Shown: one piece after another, positions 24,201-60,464 of the stretch
How positions within the stretch are numbered: position 1 is the first letter of the stretch
How the letters are laid out: each line of letters begins with the position of its first letter
NCBI GenBank assembly: GCA_020137815.1
Contig: CM035352.1
Location: 3,286,001 to 3,350,000, forward strand
Direction of reading: 5' to 3'
Source: Hormiphora californensis
Taxonomy: Eukaryota; Animalia; Ctenophora
Length of the DNA stretch: 64,000 bases
Made by a program: the position numbers and the translations under genes
Notes under the pieces: generated by a model
Databases searched by the model: none
What the model saw: the letters and a program-made list of their open reading frames with translations, nothing else
What the model was told of the DNA's origin: nothing

Positions 24201-24767
24201 GTCCCTCCAGCTGGACCTGTGCCTGTATGGATCCGTAAACAGCGAACATGTAGGCACCAGATATAAGTGGGGAGAGGTAGGCTGTGATGCGGAGGCAGTA
24301 GTTGGTACCCCCGGGACGCAGTGAGAAACCCTCAACAGCGTGCCTGTTATCCTGCAGGAAGGTATTGTTTGAAAATCAAAAAACAAAATCATATAAAGAG
24401 AATTGCACGGAGTCATGCTTGTTGTTGTTCTAACCCTCTTTTACGGGCGAAGCTCGCGGGGGTCGAGCTAGCTACAAGCTAAATAGGGACTGAAAGTTTA
24501 CCCGCTAGAACAACTAAGTGTATTTATTGCTTTTCATTTTCGGAAAGCAAAACTAACTAATTAACTAACTAATTAACTAACCGTTGGATGGTTTGGAAAA
24601 AGGGGACTTCTCCTGAGATCAGCGATGTCTGACAAACACACGTTAGTCCAAATATCAGTGGGTAACAATCTAGCATCTCTTCGGAAAAATACAGGGCTCT
24701 TGCTCCGGCACTGGGGTGCTGCAAACAGGGGAGGGAGAGCGATGGTGAGCAACAAAATCAGTAGCAT
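21203..24767 (-). CDS. Beta-1,4-N-acetylgalactosaminyltransferase (B4GALNT3/4-like; PA14 + GT7/CHGN-type catalytic domain), 7 exons
   Basis: Exons 24767-24582, 24351-24061, 23900-23704, 23540-23447, 22491-22133, 21992-21881, 21548-~21203. Hydrophobic N-terminus; CLSDIADLRRSPLFP and TNYCLRITAYLSP (PA14-like); FDRGLAM, FLMDLD (DxD), GYWDLGGFGLLSVYRSDF, WGGED. Probable 1-nt frameshift near 21270. Possible extra in-frame upstream exon at 24957-24879. Confidence 0.85.
21636..21840. mobile_element. TA-flanked MITE with CGGATAAC subrepeats (intronic)
   Basis: ta-GGGGGTATG...CATACCCCCC-ta; inverted arms built from CCCGGATAA units. Confidence 0.75.
22538..23199 (-). mobile_element. Family A copy 2 (intronic in the glycosyltransferase, two small deletions)
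   Basis: Reverse complement of 8161-8842. Confidence 0.9.
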
Positions 24768-25318
24768 GGTGTCAGAACTAACTAGGTGTCCCCCTAGAGG
24801 GGTGCTCTATTAAGGAGGGGGCTAATTGAGACACGTGTGAAGGTCACGTGATACCCGAGACAGACAGACTGGTACATACCTGATTCGAGGACGGTGCTGA
24901 GTGATGTGATGAGAACAAGTAGCCTGATTCCTGATTGGGTGCGAGGTATTTGCATGGTATTCTATAACTGGGAGAGAGAGAGAGATCGGGGTTAGATCGG
25001 GGGGTATATGGCATTTAGTGACAATTATAGTAGTGCAGTTAATCTGAAATTAGACACGGTGTACTGACTAATTGGGAATGGGGGTCTAGAACTAATGCTA
25101 ATAGTCAATTAGAGCAATAGCTTTCTGTCAAACTGGAAATGTAACTACAAAGTATTTAGAGTAACGGGCCTAGAGTTACAAGTAGGGATATAGGGATATC
25201 CAATGAAAAACATGTCTAGACAGTCAACTGAGGATGCTGGAAAGTGGCAGTGTATATTTTGTCAAAATAAGCAAAATATCGTACATTCCAGTTCACATGA
25301 TGAGATAGAGAGATAGAC

Positions 25319-25382
<64 letters not shown>

Positions 25383-26572
25383 TTACAGGCAACAGCAAGA
25401 TAATAATCATTGTAAATCCTCCCATCCACGTATCTACAATCTACATGAAATCACGTGTGGGAATTTCCCAGACATGCCGACGACGAAGAAATTCAAACTG
25501 CTACAACAAAACAGTAGCAGTACCATCCCAACTTGGTATCGAAGACACCTCACACTCTGTTTAGAGGTATCAGAAGGGCTTGCCCTATTTTTATAGCGCG
25601 CCCAAAACGTTATACTGAGCACTGAAAAGTTGTAGTCTACACTACATAGTTCTAGCTAAGGGGTTTGAGCCGCGCACAGGGCCACACCGAGACCAAATCT
25701 CGTTACTTTCCTGATTTCTTTGACACAAACAAGTATTGCAGAGCGGCCAATAGAGCTGGCGGTTTCAAACTTCGTCCGTATTCGGAGGGATAGATTAGCA
25801 GTTCAGTGTTTCAAACCAGGTTTAATTTGGCAAAGTAGAAGCTGAGTTACAACATGTTTTGTACAAATGGTTCAACTTCAAGACCTTTTTAATTTTGATG
25901 GCCAGACCTTTCAAGATAGAAACTTCAAACTTTGCCACGATCTTTGATATGATGTTAAGCATACCTGACCTACTTTTTCAAATTTTTTTTTCATCATTAA
26001 CACCTAAAACTGATTTCAAAACCAAGGTTCCGGGGATAATTTTTTAAATATGAGTACAGAATTATAATTTTCAGACAATTTGGTGGGGAATACCAAAATT
26101 TGGTGCATTTTCATTGAGTGGTTGAGGAGCTATTAATTTTTGAAGTGAATCAAAGCGGGTTTGTTACCCCTACTCAGGCCGCTTCGCGGCCTTCGTTTGG
26201 CGTGCTTCGCACGCCGCGCCGGCAAGGGAGGGGTAACTTCGTTACCAACATCCCAACTACTACTACGATCAATGAAAGGGATTTTCAGGCCAAATTTCAG
26301 TATTCTCATGACTCATCACACAACGTCCTCTCACTTTTCAGTTTTCCCACGGTACTAAATCATAACAGTTCCAAGAGGTGTGTTATTATATGTACATGGG
26401 AAAAGCGATGGCAGTATAGGTAGACACAGTCTGAGAAGGTACCAATAGCTTATCTAGACGCACACGTTGTGAGAATTATAATATAGGCACCGTGGGAGGC
26501 TGAGCTGCATCTCTCACCGCGCCCCGGATAGAACAATTGTCAAATACAGTGTGAGGTAAGGATATAGAGGTA

Positions 26573-26740
26573 GATAGTTTTATTACTAAATATGGTAGCA
26601 AAATCAAAGGATTCAAACTATTTGACGTCAATACTTTTTACCATTGATGATAAATAGTTAAGAGTCTTTACGTCAAATAGTTTTGAATTATGAATCCTTT
26701 GATTTTAGAATTTAGTACCATATTTAGTAATAAAACTATC
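26573..26740. repeat. Imperfect foldback / degenerate MITE
   Basis: GATAGTTTTTATTACTAAATATGGTA ... TACCATATTTAGTAATAAAACTATC. Confidence 0.6.
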
Positions 26741-27559
26741 CAGTTTTGTTAATGTTATTATCTAACTATGCATTATTATAGTGGAAATTAACTTCCCTGG
26801 GAAGTCCCGAATCAAAGAGAGATCTGACAGCTTAGAAGAGAGGGAACACTTTGAATCGGAGGGTTCCAGTTCCACCGAATCCACTCTTCACACAATTTAA
26901 ACTGGAAATGGTTGCATCAAGAAGACAAGGAAATAATGACAAGGTTGAACCTTAGTGGAGAGAGTTGAGTGGGACATGTCTGGTTTGAAAGCAACAATCG
27001 AATCCATGAATCCGTGATTATATTTATAGCCTGCTATAGCCCTTGACTGTCAAGTTACCGGAAGAGCCTTGAGATTGGAATTTTAAAATTTAGGCTGTTA
27101 TAAAAGTTGTCAATGCCCCCCTTCAAATCAAATGGAATTGTCAATATTAGTTTTGGTGCACTGACAACTCTATATCACACTGTCGTAAGCAGCATACTGA
27201 CACGCGTTAAATTAATTTAAGTAAACGCCTAGTCACGTTGCTGAGATCGACCAATGTACGATGTCAAAAGTAGCTAACAGTGATACAGATACATGAGAGA
27301 TACATGAAAGATAGGTACTCCAAGAAATGACGGCGGGTATTGGTCTCTTGTTAACACATTATCGCAGTCTGAGAAAAGTGGCAAAAGTTCCGATGCGGTT
27401 CTGAGAGAGACAATAAAAGGAGTGTGAGAAATTTTGAGCGGCTATAAAATATAGCTGTAGACAGCTGGGACTGAGAAATAAAAAAGGTCTGTGAAAAATT
27501 ATCCAATAAATTCCAGGCCGTCACAGGAACTTCCAATGAAATGGGAGTCAGACTTCGTT

Positions 27560-27614
27560 GAGAGAAAGAGAGAGAGTCGAGAGAGAGAGAGTGAGAGAGA
27601 GAGAAAGAGACAGG

Positions 27615-27658
<44 letters not shown>

Positions 27659-27736
27659 GAGAGAGAGCGAGATGAGAGAGAGAGATTCGAGATTAGCTGA
27701 TCTATCTATGAGACTCGAGACTATATCTCTCTCGCT

Positions 27737-27793
<57 letters not shown>

Positions 27794-27798
27794 CTCTC

Positions 27799-27835
<37 letters not shown>

Positions 27836-28167
27836 ACTCTTCTTCTCTCTCTCTCTCTCGTCTTCTCTGCGTCTCTCGTCTCTCTGTCTCTCTCTCTCTC
27901 GCTATCTCCTCTCTCTCTCTCTCTCCTCTCTCTCTCTGCTCTCTCTCTCTCTTATCTCTCGCTCTCCTCTCGCTCAGCCTTCCTCTCTCTCTCTCTCTCA
28001 TCTCTCTCTCTGCTCTCCTCTCTCTCTCTCTTCTTCGCTCTCTCTCTCTCTTCTGTCCTCTCTTCTCTCCTCTCTTCTCTCTTTCCTTTCCCCATTTGTG
28101 TCAACTCGCCCTTTTTTTTCCAATTCGCACTGAATTCACACTCTATCTATCATCTCATACACATCTT

Positions 28168-28200
<33 letters not shown>

Positions 28201-28256
28201 TCTATTCTCTCTCTCTCTTTCGCTCTCATCTCTCTCTCTCTCTCTCTCTCTCCTCT

Positions 28257-28310
<54 letters not shown>

Positions 28311-30857
28311 TCACTCTCTGACTGCCGCAAGAATAGTAGACACTTGTAGCAGGCCACATAATAATCTTGCCCGACACTAAATTATCATGAGCTATAAGAT
28401 GCGGAGAGAGAGAATTACTCCATCCTACTAGATGTGTCAACTGCAACCACTATGCTCACTTCCTCTCATCTCAGTTAAATCTCGGTTAAACCATGAGGGG
28501 TTCTCTCTCAACTTCCTCGCTATAGTTAGTGAGTGTTAGAATCTCACATTTAGAATTCTCGAAATGGTTTGTTGAGTAACCCCTTCCTCAAAAAGAAATG
28601 GTCGCTTTATTAAACCAAATCACGATCAGTGAAAAAATGAAAATCATATCTGCTAAAAACTGACATGGACACCAACGGAGAATAGTAACATTATCATTAG
28701 TTCTTCGCGGGTGCTTGCCCTTCAAAGTGTCTAAAATTCGTCCAGCAACCATATTTAATGGAAGGTTAGGTCTTTCACAATATCGGCAATAAATTCTAGG
28801 TCTCAGATTTGTGATTTGGACTTTCTATCGGTACATGTGGGCCATGAGAGATCATCTGACAATAAAGGGAAAGTACAGAACAGCAAATCAAAAAGTTATC
28901 CCCGAGGCATGGGGATCATAAAGTGAAATGTCAAATGGGTAGGGCTCACGGAAGAGAGGGGTTGTTATTTAGTGAGAGTGAATGCGAAGACCCTCGAGGG
29001 GGCTCAGGGGTACAGCTCTCGGACTCCTTCTATGAGGGGGAATAAGTGGGTAACGCAATTAAAGTGAGCAGAGGGAAAGGAGTAGTGGGAGGGAAAGTGA
29101 GATAGAGAAAGCGGGACTTGTACACTTTGACCATTTTAGGGTTCATAGCCGGGGCAAATGGCTGTAAATTACTTTTCTAATCGACGTTAGAAATGGATTC
29201 ATCGGTAATGATAAAAAGAATAAAAACGTCACATCATCTCATGAGAAAAACTACAAAATTAAAATTGTATGAGGTATAACTGCTAGATTATAATAGTAGA
29301 GACCGTCGTCTATGCATATTATGGTAAAGTATTACGATGCATATAATTGATCGATTAGCCCATCAAGCTATTCTTAGAGTTAGAGTTAGAGCCATGTATG
29401 ACATGAAGGACGCTGAGGACTCAGGACATCCGGGAAAAGGGTTAGGGAGGGGGACCCGGGACAGTTTACTACTTTTTTCTATATAGTATAGGTATCAAAA
29501 GTAACTACTAGAGGAAGTAACATATTATCATTATCAATTTATATCTTCACTTCCTCTTGACTATAACTATATCCTCTTGACTATAACTTTTAGTTAATGA
29601 AGCAATGAACTCGAAGTAAAATGTCAAGACTACTACTGCATAGCTAGAGGGGATCTTGAACTTCACGATAAAAAGGGGACATAAATTTAATGATCTACGA
29701 TTTGTTGTGGTTTATGAATCTGAGAGAGGTGAAGTGAAACTCTCAACTTTGTAAAACACCCATTAGAACATGCCAGGGCATGTCCTTTTGAAATCTCAAA
29801 CTTCGGTGACATGTCTCAGGGAGGGACAATTGCTCAACTTTCATTAAAATAATGACTTTTATCAGCTAACACAACTTTTGTAATAAGTTACGAAAGAATA
29901 CAACACAAAAAGAAGAAAGCAAGAAAGCAGAGAATAAGCTGTACGCAGATATTTAGGAGGAGAGTATGGAAGGAAAATGGAGGGAATATTAAGAGAGGAG
30001 ATAGAGGGATAAAGAGTAACAGCAACAGATGGAGGATGTAATATGAATTTGGAGAGAAAATGAACTAGAGAGGGAGAGAGAGGAGATGAGAGGAGAAGAG
30101 AGGAGAGAAAGAGAGGAGGAGGGGAGAGGGGGAGGAAAAGCGAGAGAGAACAGAGAGGAGGGAAAAGAGGGACAGAGGAGAGGAGAGTTGATAAAGAGAC
30201 TTAGAGCTGCCAACATACAATGTTCAGAGCTGGGAAAAGAATACGCTGGAAGTAACTGAGAAAACTTTGCAAAACATTTTTAGGGAGGGTGGTCATGTTT
30301 ATGCTAGGCATAAATGCATGTTGTGCAGAGGGGAGAGATAATGGAAGTAGGAAAAGGCACGCAATAAAGTCACTCAATACAAACGAGCATCAGATTCAGA
30401 AAAAAAACTTTGAAAAAGAAAACAAGGCGGAGAGGAGAAAACAAGCAAGGTTCTTAATACATTGTGGTTCTAAGTTTTAATAAGCTAAAAGTTCGGTCAT
30501 CATTGCAGAAAACAAAACTCTGAAAGTACAGTAAAAAGGCTGGAGAGGAGAGATATACGCACACTGTTTTCATTTGTTTAATTGATTGTTACGCTATATT
30601 CGGTAGATCCTTAGCGTGACCCAGCTGGAAAGCGGACTCAGCTCTCTCTCTAAAGAGAGAGAAGAGAGAGAGAGAGAAGGAGGAAGAGAGAGAGAGAGAA
30701 AGAGGGGAGAAGAGAGAGAAGAGAGAGCAGAAGGGGAGAGAGAGAGATGAGAAGAGAGAGAGAGAGAAGCGAGAGACGAGCGAGCAGACTCGAGAGAGCG
30801 GAGCGAGAGAGAGATCTCTTCTTCTCACCTATCTGTCTCTCTCTCATCTCTCTTATC

Positions 30858-30910
<53 letters not shown>

Positions 30911-31577
30911 GCCAATGCCATCCATATTCTCACGGGGCCAACTGTGCATGGTGTCAAGCAGATGTTGAACCTCGGTGAGGACACAAACAAGAAAGAGAGG
31001 GAGAGAGAGAGAGAGAGAAAGGGGGCTGGGTGAGGTGACAAAACTCGCCCCTGTTTCTAGGCCACCACGGATAGACAGTGGGAAAAGGGAATACGAAATA
31101 TGGAGCTACAGATAATTACCACACCTTTCAGCATGGCATAGAATGACAACAGAACATGATGAATCACTTGCAACATTGGAGGGAATTGGTATACGTCATA
31201 TATTTTTGATATTTTTAATGCATGACGCGTTAAAAATATCAAAAATAGTTCACGGTCAGTTCTAATCAGTTCTAAGCTAGCTTGACCTTAGAACGACTAT
31301 TATAATTATTGAAAACACAAGCAAAGATTTGATCAAGTGAATGGAACTGGGAGAGGAGTGGTCACTGGGGGTTAAAAGCGTCTCCACTGCCAGCCCCTCC
31401 CACTCCTGAAACACATGGCAGAACATGCCAATGAATCCCCACTCAAGGGGCACATTCGCACCCTCCGTTATCTTTCAACACCGCCCCAGGAACAAAGTGG
31501 GACACGTGAAGTGGACACGTGATCAGTTTATCAATGGACCACACTAAATAATGAGTGAAGCATCACGTCTCTCTCTC

Positions 31578-31627
<50 letters not shown>

Positions 31628-31650
31628 TTCTCTCTCTTTCTCTCTCTCTT
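27560..31650. repeat. Region with several degenerate (AG)n/(CT)n tracts; no credible gene
   Basis: Interrupted dinucleotide runs at 27560-28320, 29990-30200, 30650-31020, 31570-31650. Confidence 0.8.
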
Positions 31651-31924
31651 CCGCTAATTCTTGTAACTGGCCTAAAGAATTTAAACTCAATCTTCAAAAC
31701 CCAGAGCGATTGAAAATGAAGCGATTGTTCAGATACCTGGATATTATATTTCTAAACAGTAACTATAATGCTGTTACCAGTTACCATTGGTAACTCATTT
31801 TCCAATAACTAACTAACTAAACAGTTTAGTAAACTATACGGGGAATTAATATCTTTGCTCGATCCCTTCGTACTATAACTCCCCATAATATTAATAATGA
31901 GTATTGAGATTATATTGAGATTCT

Positions 31925-32608
31925 TATATGAGGCATAAACTCTGGCCACTGGCGCGTTATTTCAGATAACTTTCTCCCAGCGCGCCGCTGGGAGAAGTTA
32001 GCTGGAGTTTATCCGCCGCTGGCGGATAAACTGGTTTAAATCACGACGACGATCCCGAGGCGGAGCCGAGGGAGAGGCGGAGGGGTTTAAACCTATAACG
32101 TGCCAGTGGTCAGAGTTTATGGGTTATATACCCTGCTTTAGTTGTTTATTTCAAGTATTACACACCAACAAGAGAGAGAACACTAATCAAAACACACAAA
32201 GAGAACTGAGAAATAGTTAAAAACACGTCACAATTGAGTGTACACTGTTTGGTAACAGTTACTAAGCAGTTGCTAAGGAAAGAGAGTGAAAGAAATAGCC
32301 TGATAAGGGGCATGTCACAAATAACACAGAGAAAGAGATAGTGAGACAAAAGGGGAGATAAAGAGAGAGTAATTGACGGAATGTGTCCTTTCTTTCTCTC
32401 CAATGTAGTGTGTAAGTGTTGCACATAGTGTTCCCTCTGTATTTTAGTAAGAACTGATCATTTACACACACTTTGAATGTTACGTAGGAGTTAAAAATAA
32501 ATAACCTGCCAGTGGGAAATAATCTGCCGCTGGACTGGCCGTTTACTGAGAGCGCGCTAGTGGGACTTCTCGCCACTGGCGCATTATTTAAGTTAGCAGG
32601 GTATATAT
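31925..32608 (-). mobile_element. Family A copy 3
   Basis: Reverse complement of 8161-8842. Confidence 0.9.
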
Positions 32609-33305
32609 CCTTATGAAACCCGATAGCTGATTTATCAGTCATTTGAAGATTTTGCGCGCTCATGATAACTGCTAGCTGGGGGATTTAACACCCTGCTCGA
32701 GATTTATCAGGCCAGTGTCCTTTTTCACGCGTTTCTCTTCATTTGAATAACATGCGTGTAAAATTCTAAGTATTGAAAATGTGTGTAAACACACAGTTCT
32801 GTCAACAAAAGAAAGGGGAAACATGTCTGCAACACGTTTCAATGTTATCTCTCTCATAAGGAGTGAAAAGAATCACATTCCATTCATTTCTCTCTCTCAT
32901 TGTCTCTTTTACTTTTCACTACCTCTGACAGTGTGTATTGCTCCTAATCTTTCTCTCTCTTTCTCAAACATGTTAGGAACAGTAGACACTAAGTCTACAC
33001 ACATTTTCAGGGTGTCTATTGACTATTTGCCAGCAGTCCTAGTGTGTTTCACCTTGTGTTGTGTCTCTTATTTGTGTGTAATTACTATCGGGTTTCATAA
33101 AATATGAACGTTTATTAGCCTATCGCGTTATAGGTTTAAATCACCTCCCCCTCACCCTCGGCTGGCGCCTCGGGATCGGCGTCGGGATTTAAACCAGTTT
33201 AATCGCCCTGCCGGGCGATTAAACTCCAGTTGGCTGTCCCCAGCTCGCGCTGGGAACAGCCAACTTCATAACGCGCCAGTCTACAAACGTTCATACTTCA
33301 TATAT
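32603..33305 (+). mobile_element. Family B element (diverged relative of family A, same architecture)
   Basis: 5' TTATGAAACCCGATAG (32611) matches subterminal CTATCGGGTTTCATAA (33085); 3' cloverleaf containing CCCTCGGCTGGCGCCTCGGG; ends CATATATA. Confidence 0.8.
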
Positions 33306-33979
33306 ACCCTGCTAACTTAAATAATGCGCCAGTGGCGAGAAGTCCCACTAGCGCGCTCTCAGTAAACAGCCAGTCCAGCGGCAGATTATTTCCCACTGGC
33401 AGGTTATTTATTTTTAACTCCTACGTAACATTCAAAGTGTGTGTAAATGATCAGTTCTTACTAAAATACAGAGGGAACACTATGTGCAACACTTACACAC
33501 TACATTGGAGAGAAAGAAAGGACACATTCCGTCAATTACTCTCTCTTTATCTCCCCTTTTGTCTATCTCTTTCTCTGTGTTATTTGTGACATGCCCCTTA
33601 TCAGGCTATTTCTTTCACTCTCTTTCCTTAGCAACTGCTTAGTAACTGTTACCAAACAGTGTACACTCAATTGTGACGTGTTTTTAACTATTTCTCAGTT
33701 CTCTTTGTGTGTTTTGATTAGTGTTCTCTCTCTTGTTGGTGTGTAATACTTGAAATAAACAACTAAAGCAGGGTATATAACCCATAAACTCTGACCACTG
33801 GCACGTTATAGGTTTAAACCCCTCCGCCTCTCCCTCGGCTCCGCCTCGGGATCGTCGTCGTGATTTAAACCAGTTTATCCGCCAGCGGCGGATAAACTCC
33901 AGCTAACTTCTCCCAGCGGCGCGCTGGGAGAAAGTTATCTGAAATAACGCGCCAGTGGCCAGAGTTTATGCCTCATATA
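33301..33979 (+). mobile_element. Family A copy 4
   Basis: Near-identical to 8161-8842. Confidence 0.9.
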
Positions 33980-35069
33980 ACCCATGTGTCAGGAATCTCA
34001 TCAAACTGGGGTAGTTACATTTTCAACTAGTAATGTGAATGAATTCGACAACTGAATTTCGCGATATAACCATCTCTCTTGATCGATGAGTCTCAACTTC
34101 CTCAGGCTCAACTACCTAAGCCCCCCAGTCGCTCGAACAGTTAATCCACAATATAACTACTTCCTTGCTCTTCTATATAGCTCCTATCTTACTCTCGTTA
34201 TAATACCGAGATTTAAATTCAACCATCTTATTATGTACCTCGGTGAAACTAAAATCAAATGCTCAATACTGGCTCAAAAGCTAAAGTCAAAAGAAATCCC
34301 CTCAACAGAGCTGCGATCTAGGAAGTAGCTGATACTATACCAGGTACCGGCGTGAGAAAGGTGATCCTAGTTCTACAAGTATAATAGGTACTGGCGTGGG
34401 AACAAGGCCCTGCCAGTCCTACACTTCCTGGTTGGTGAAAGAGAAATTAGGGACAGCAATTTTAGTAACTACCGTATGGGCCAAAAAAGATTTGATGGCC
34501 TTCATCTGCATACACTGACACTTGATGTTAAAGAATTATGTGCCAAATTTGGTACAAGGAAGTTACTTTCAAGACATCGTCTATGAAACTGGAGCAAGTA
34601 GGTAGGTACTAAACTTTGAAAACCAACCAGCAGCATCAGTGGTTCATTTCAATGAAAAGAGGTGATAATTGGAATACTAAGGAGGGAGTTTTACTTGTGT
34701 TGCTACAAGTTGAACAGTGTGGAGGAGTGACTAACAAAGGTGTAAATTCGCTAGCCAGCAAGTACTTATAGTGCGGTTGTTGCAATTGGCGACTGGGAGA
34801 GATGGAGAGGGAGAGAGATGCAATGGAGAGAGATGGAGGAAGAGAGAGACAAACTGGGAAGAAATGAAAAGCAGAGACAAAGAGAGATAAGAGGAAGCAT
34901 TGTTCAACCATGCACACACTCTCCGACTTCCTACTTCTTCATGCAGCATGCTCATATTATTATCTTCTTTGTTCAGACATGCCCTGATCTGACTGAAATA
35001 CTCGCAGACAGCCATTACATCAAAACTGAACTAATTAGCAGACAGTAAGGAGCGATGGCGGTAATTAGT

Positions 35070-35157
<88 letters not shown>

Positions 35158-35299
35158 TCTCTCTCTCCCACTCAGAGAGTATCTATATGTCTCAGACATT
35201 TCGTCCCAGTATGCAGAAATGCATTGCAACTGCAAATAGTAGAGCGTGGGAGAAAACTTTGTTGTGTAGAAAAGTACACATTCTGATTGTGTATGAAAC

Positions 35300-35840
35300 A
35301 GGCTTTAGATGTGCTTCTGAAGCTTCTTTAGACGGGGCAAATCGTCTAGACGGATTTTTGAACCAGACAGGATCGGGACGAAGTCAGACGGTCTGGAGAA
35401 GTGCTTCAGACGGGTTCAGACGTCGTTGGATCGATGTTGATCGACGGGCTTGAGACGTGCGTCTAGTCTGAAGCCCGTTTAGGCGGGACGTCAGAAACGG
35501 TCTCTACGGAGTTGGACGAAATCAAACGGAAATCAAACGGAATCTCCGAATTCAGGACGGAAACTCTGAAACCAGACGTAAACCAAACAGGTCACAAGCA
35601 CGTCTGAACGTCGCCAATGGAAATTCCGTGCTTGATACGGAACTCCTATTTAGTTGGCGACGTGCTTGAGCTGACGTGTTTGGTGTCAGGTAGAGACCGT
35701 TTCAGAAGCACGTCTCAAGCCCGATCCAACGACGTATAAACCAGTCTGAATTTCCGTCTCAAGCCCTTAGCCCGTCTCAAGCACGTCTGGGTTAAAACCC
35801 GTCTAGACGGCGTTGGAACGGCGCCTAGACAACGTCTCCG
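35300..35840. repeat. Degenerate foldback rich in AGACG/CGTCT motifs (old TIR element)
   Basis: AGACG motifs in the left half, CGTCT in the right half; CGTCTAGACGG near both ends; exact ends not resolved. Confidence 0.45.
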
Positions 35841-36202
35841 GACTCCGGACAAATGAACATTTTCCCGTACATCTTCCCCAATGATACTCTTTAGGTTTGT
35901 ACCCTAGTTTTCTTTATCTTTTTGTATCGAAACTTTAGATACAAGAAAACTGGCACTAATGAAATAACCCCTCCGTGCGAGCTGTGGAGCGTAAATGGGT
36001 GACTTCGTAACCAACACAAACCTAAAGAGTATCATTTGATTCGAAAGTCTATATAAAACTCAATTAATTTATGCTTTGTTCAAAAATATATTCCGGAAAA
36101 GATATAAAAGCATTTTTAACATTTTTATTACACTATTTACAGTCTCTCTTTGTCCACTAAAACCAAGGTACAACATATATTTCAAAGTCTCAAACAGTTA
36201 TT

Positions 36203-60231
<24,029 letters not shown>

Positions 60232-60464
60232 CTTAGCATTCCATTCCTCTAAATTAGAGATTGCTGTTTAGTGTTCTAATGAAATAAATACAAACAAAAA
60301 AGTTCTGAAAGGGGGTGAGTAGTTTCAAAAAACAAACTTTGATCGCGCCCTTGCCTGCCATTTGCAAAGGTATGCCGTATGAAATGGAATACGCTACAGA
60401 GTCTGTAGCGTAGTAGTACAGCCCTCTTTGAAAGTCTGGTTAAGTCTGGGATGGCAGCGTTTAA

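Noticed and set aside
34636-35048. Short overlapping ORFs
   Set aside because: No recognisable domain or consistent splice structure
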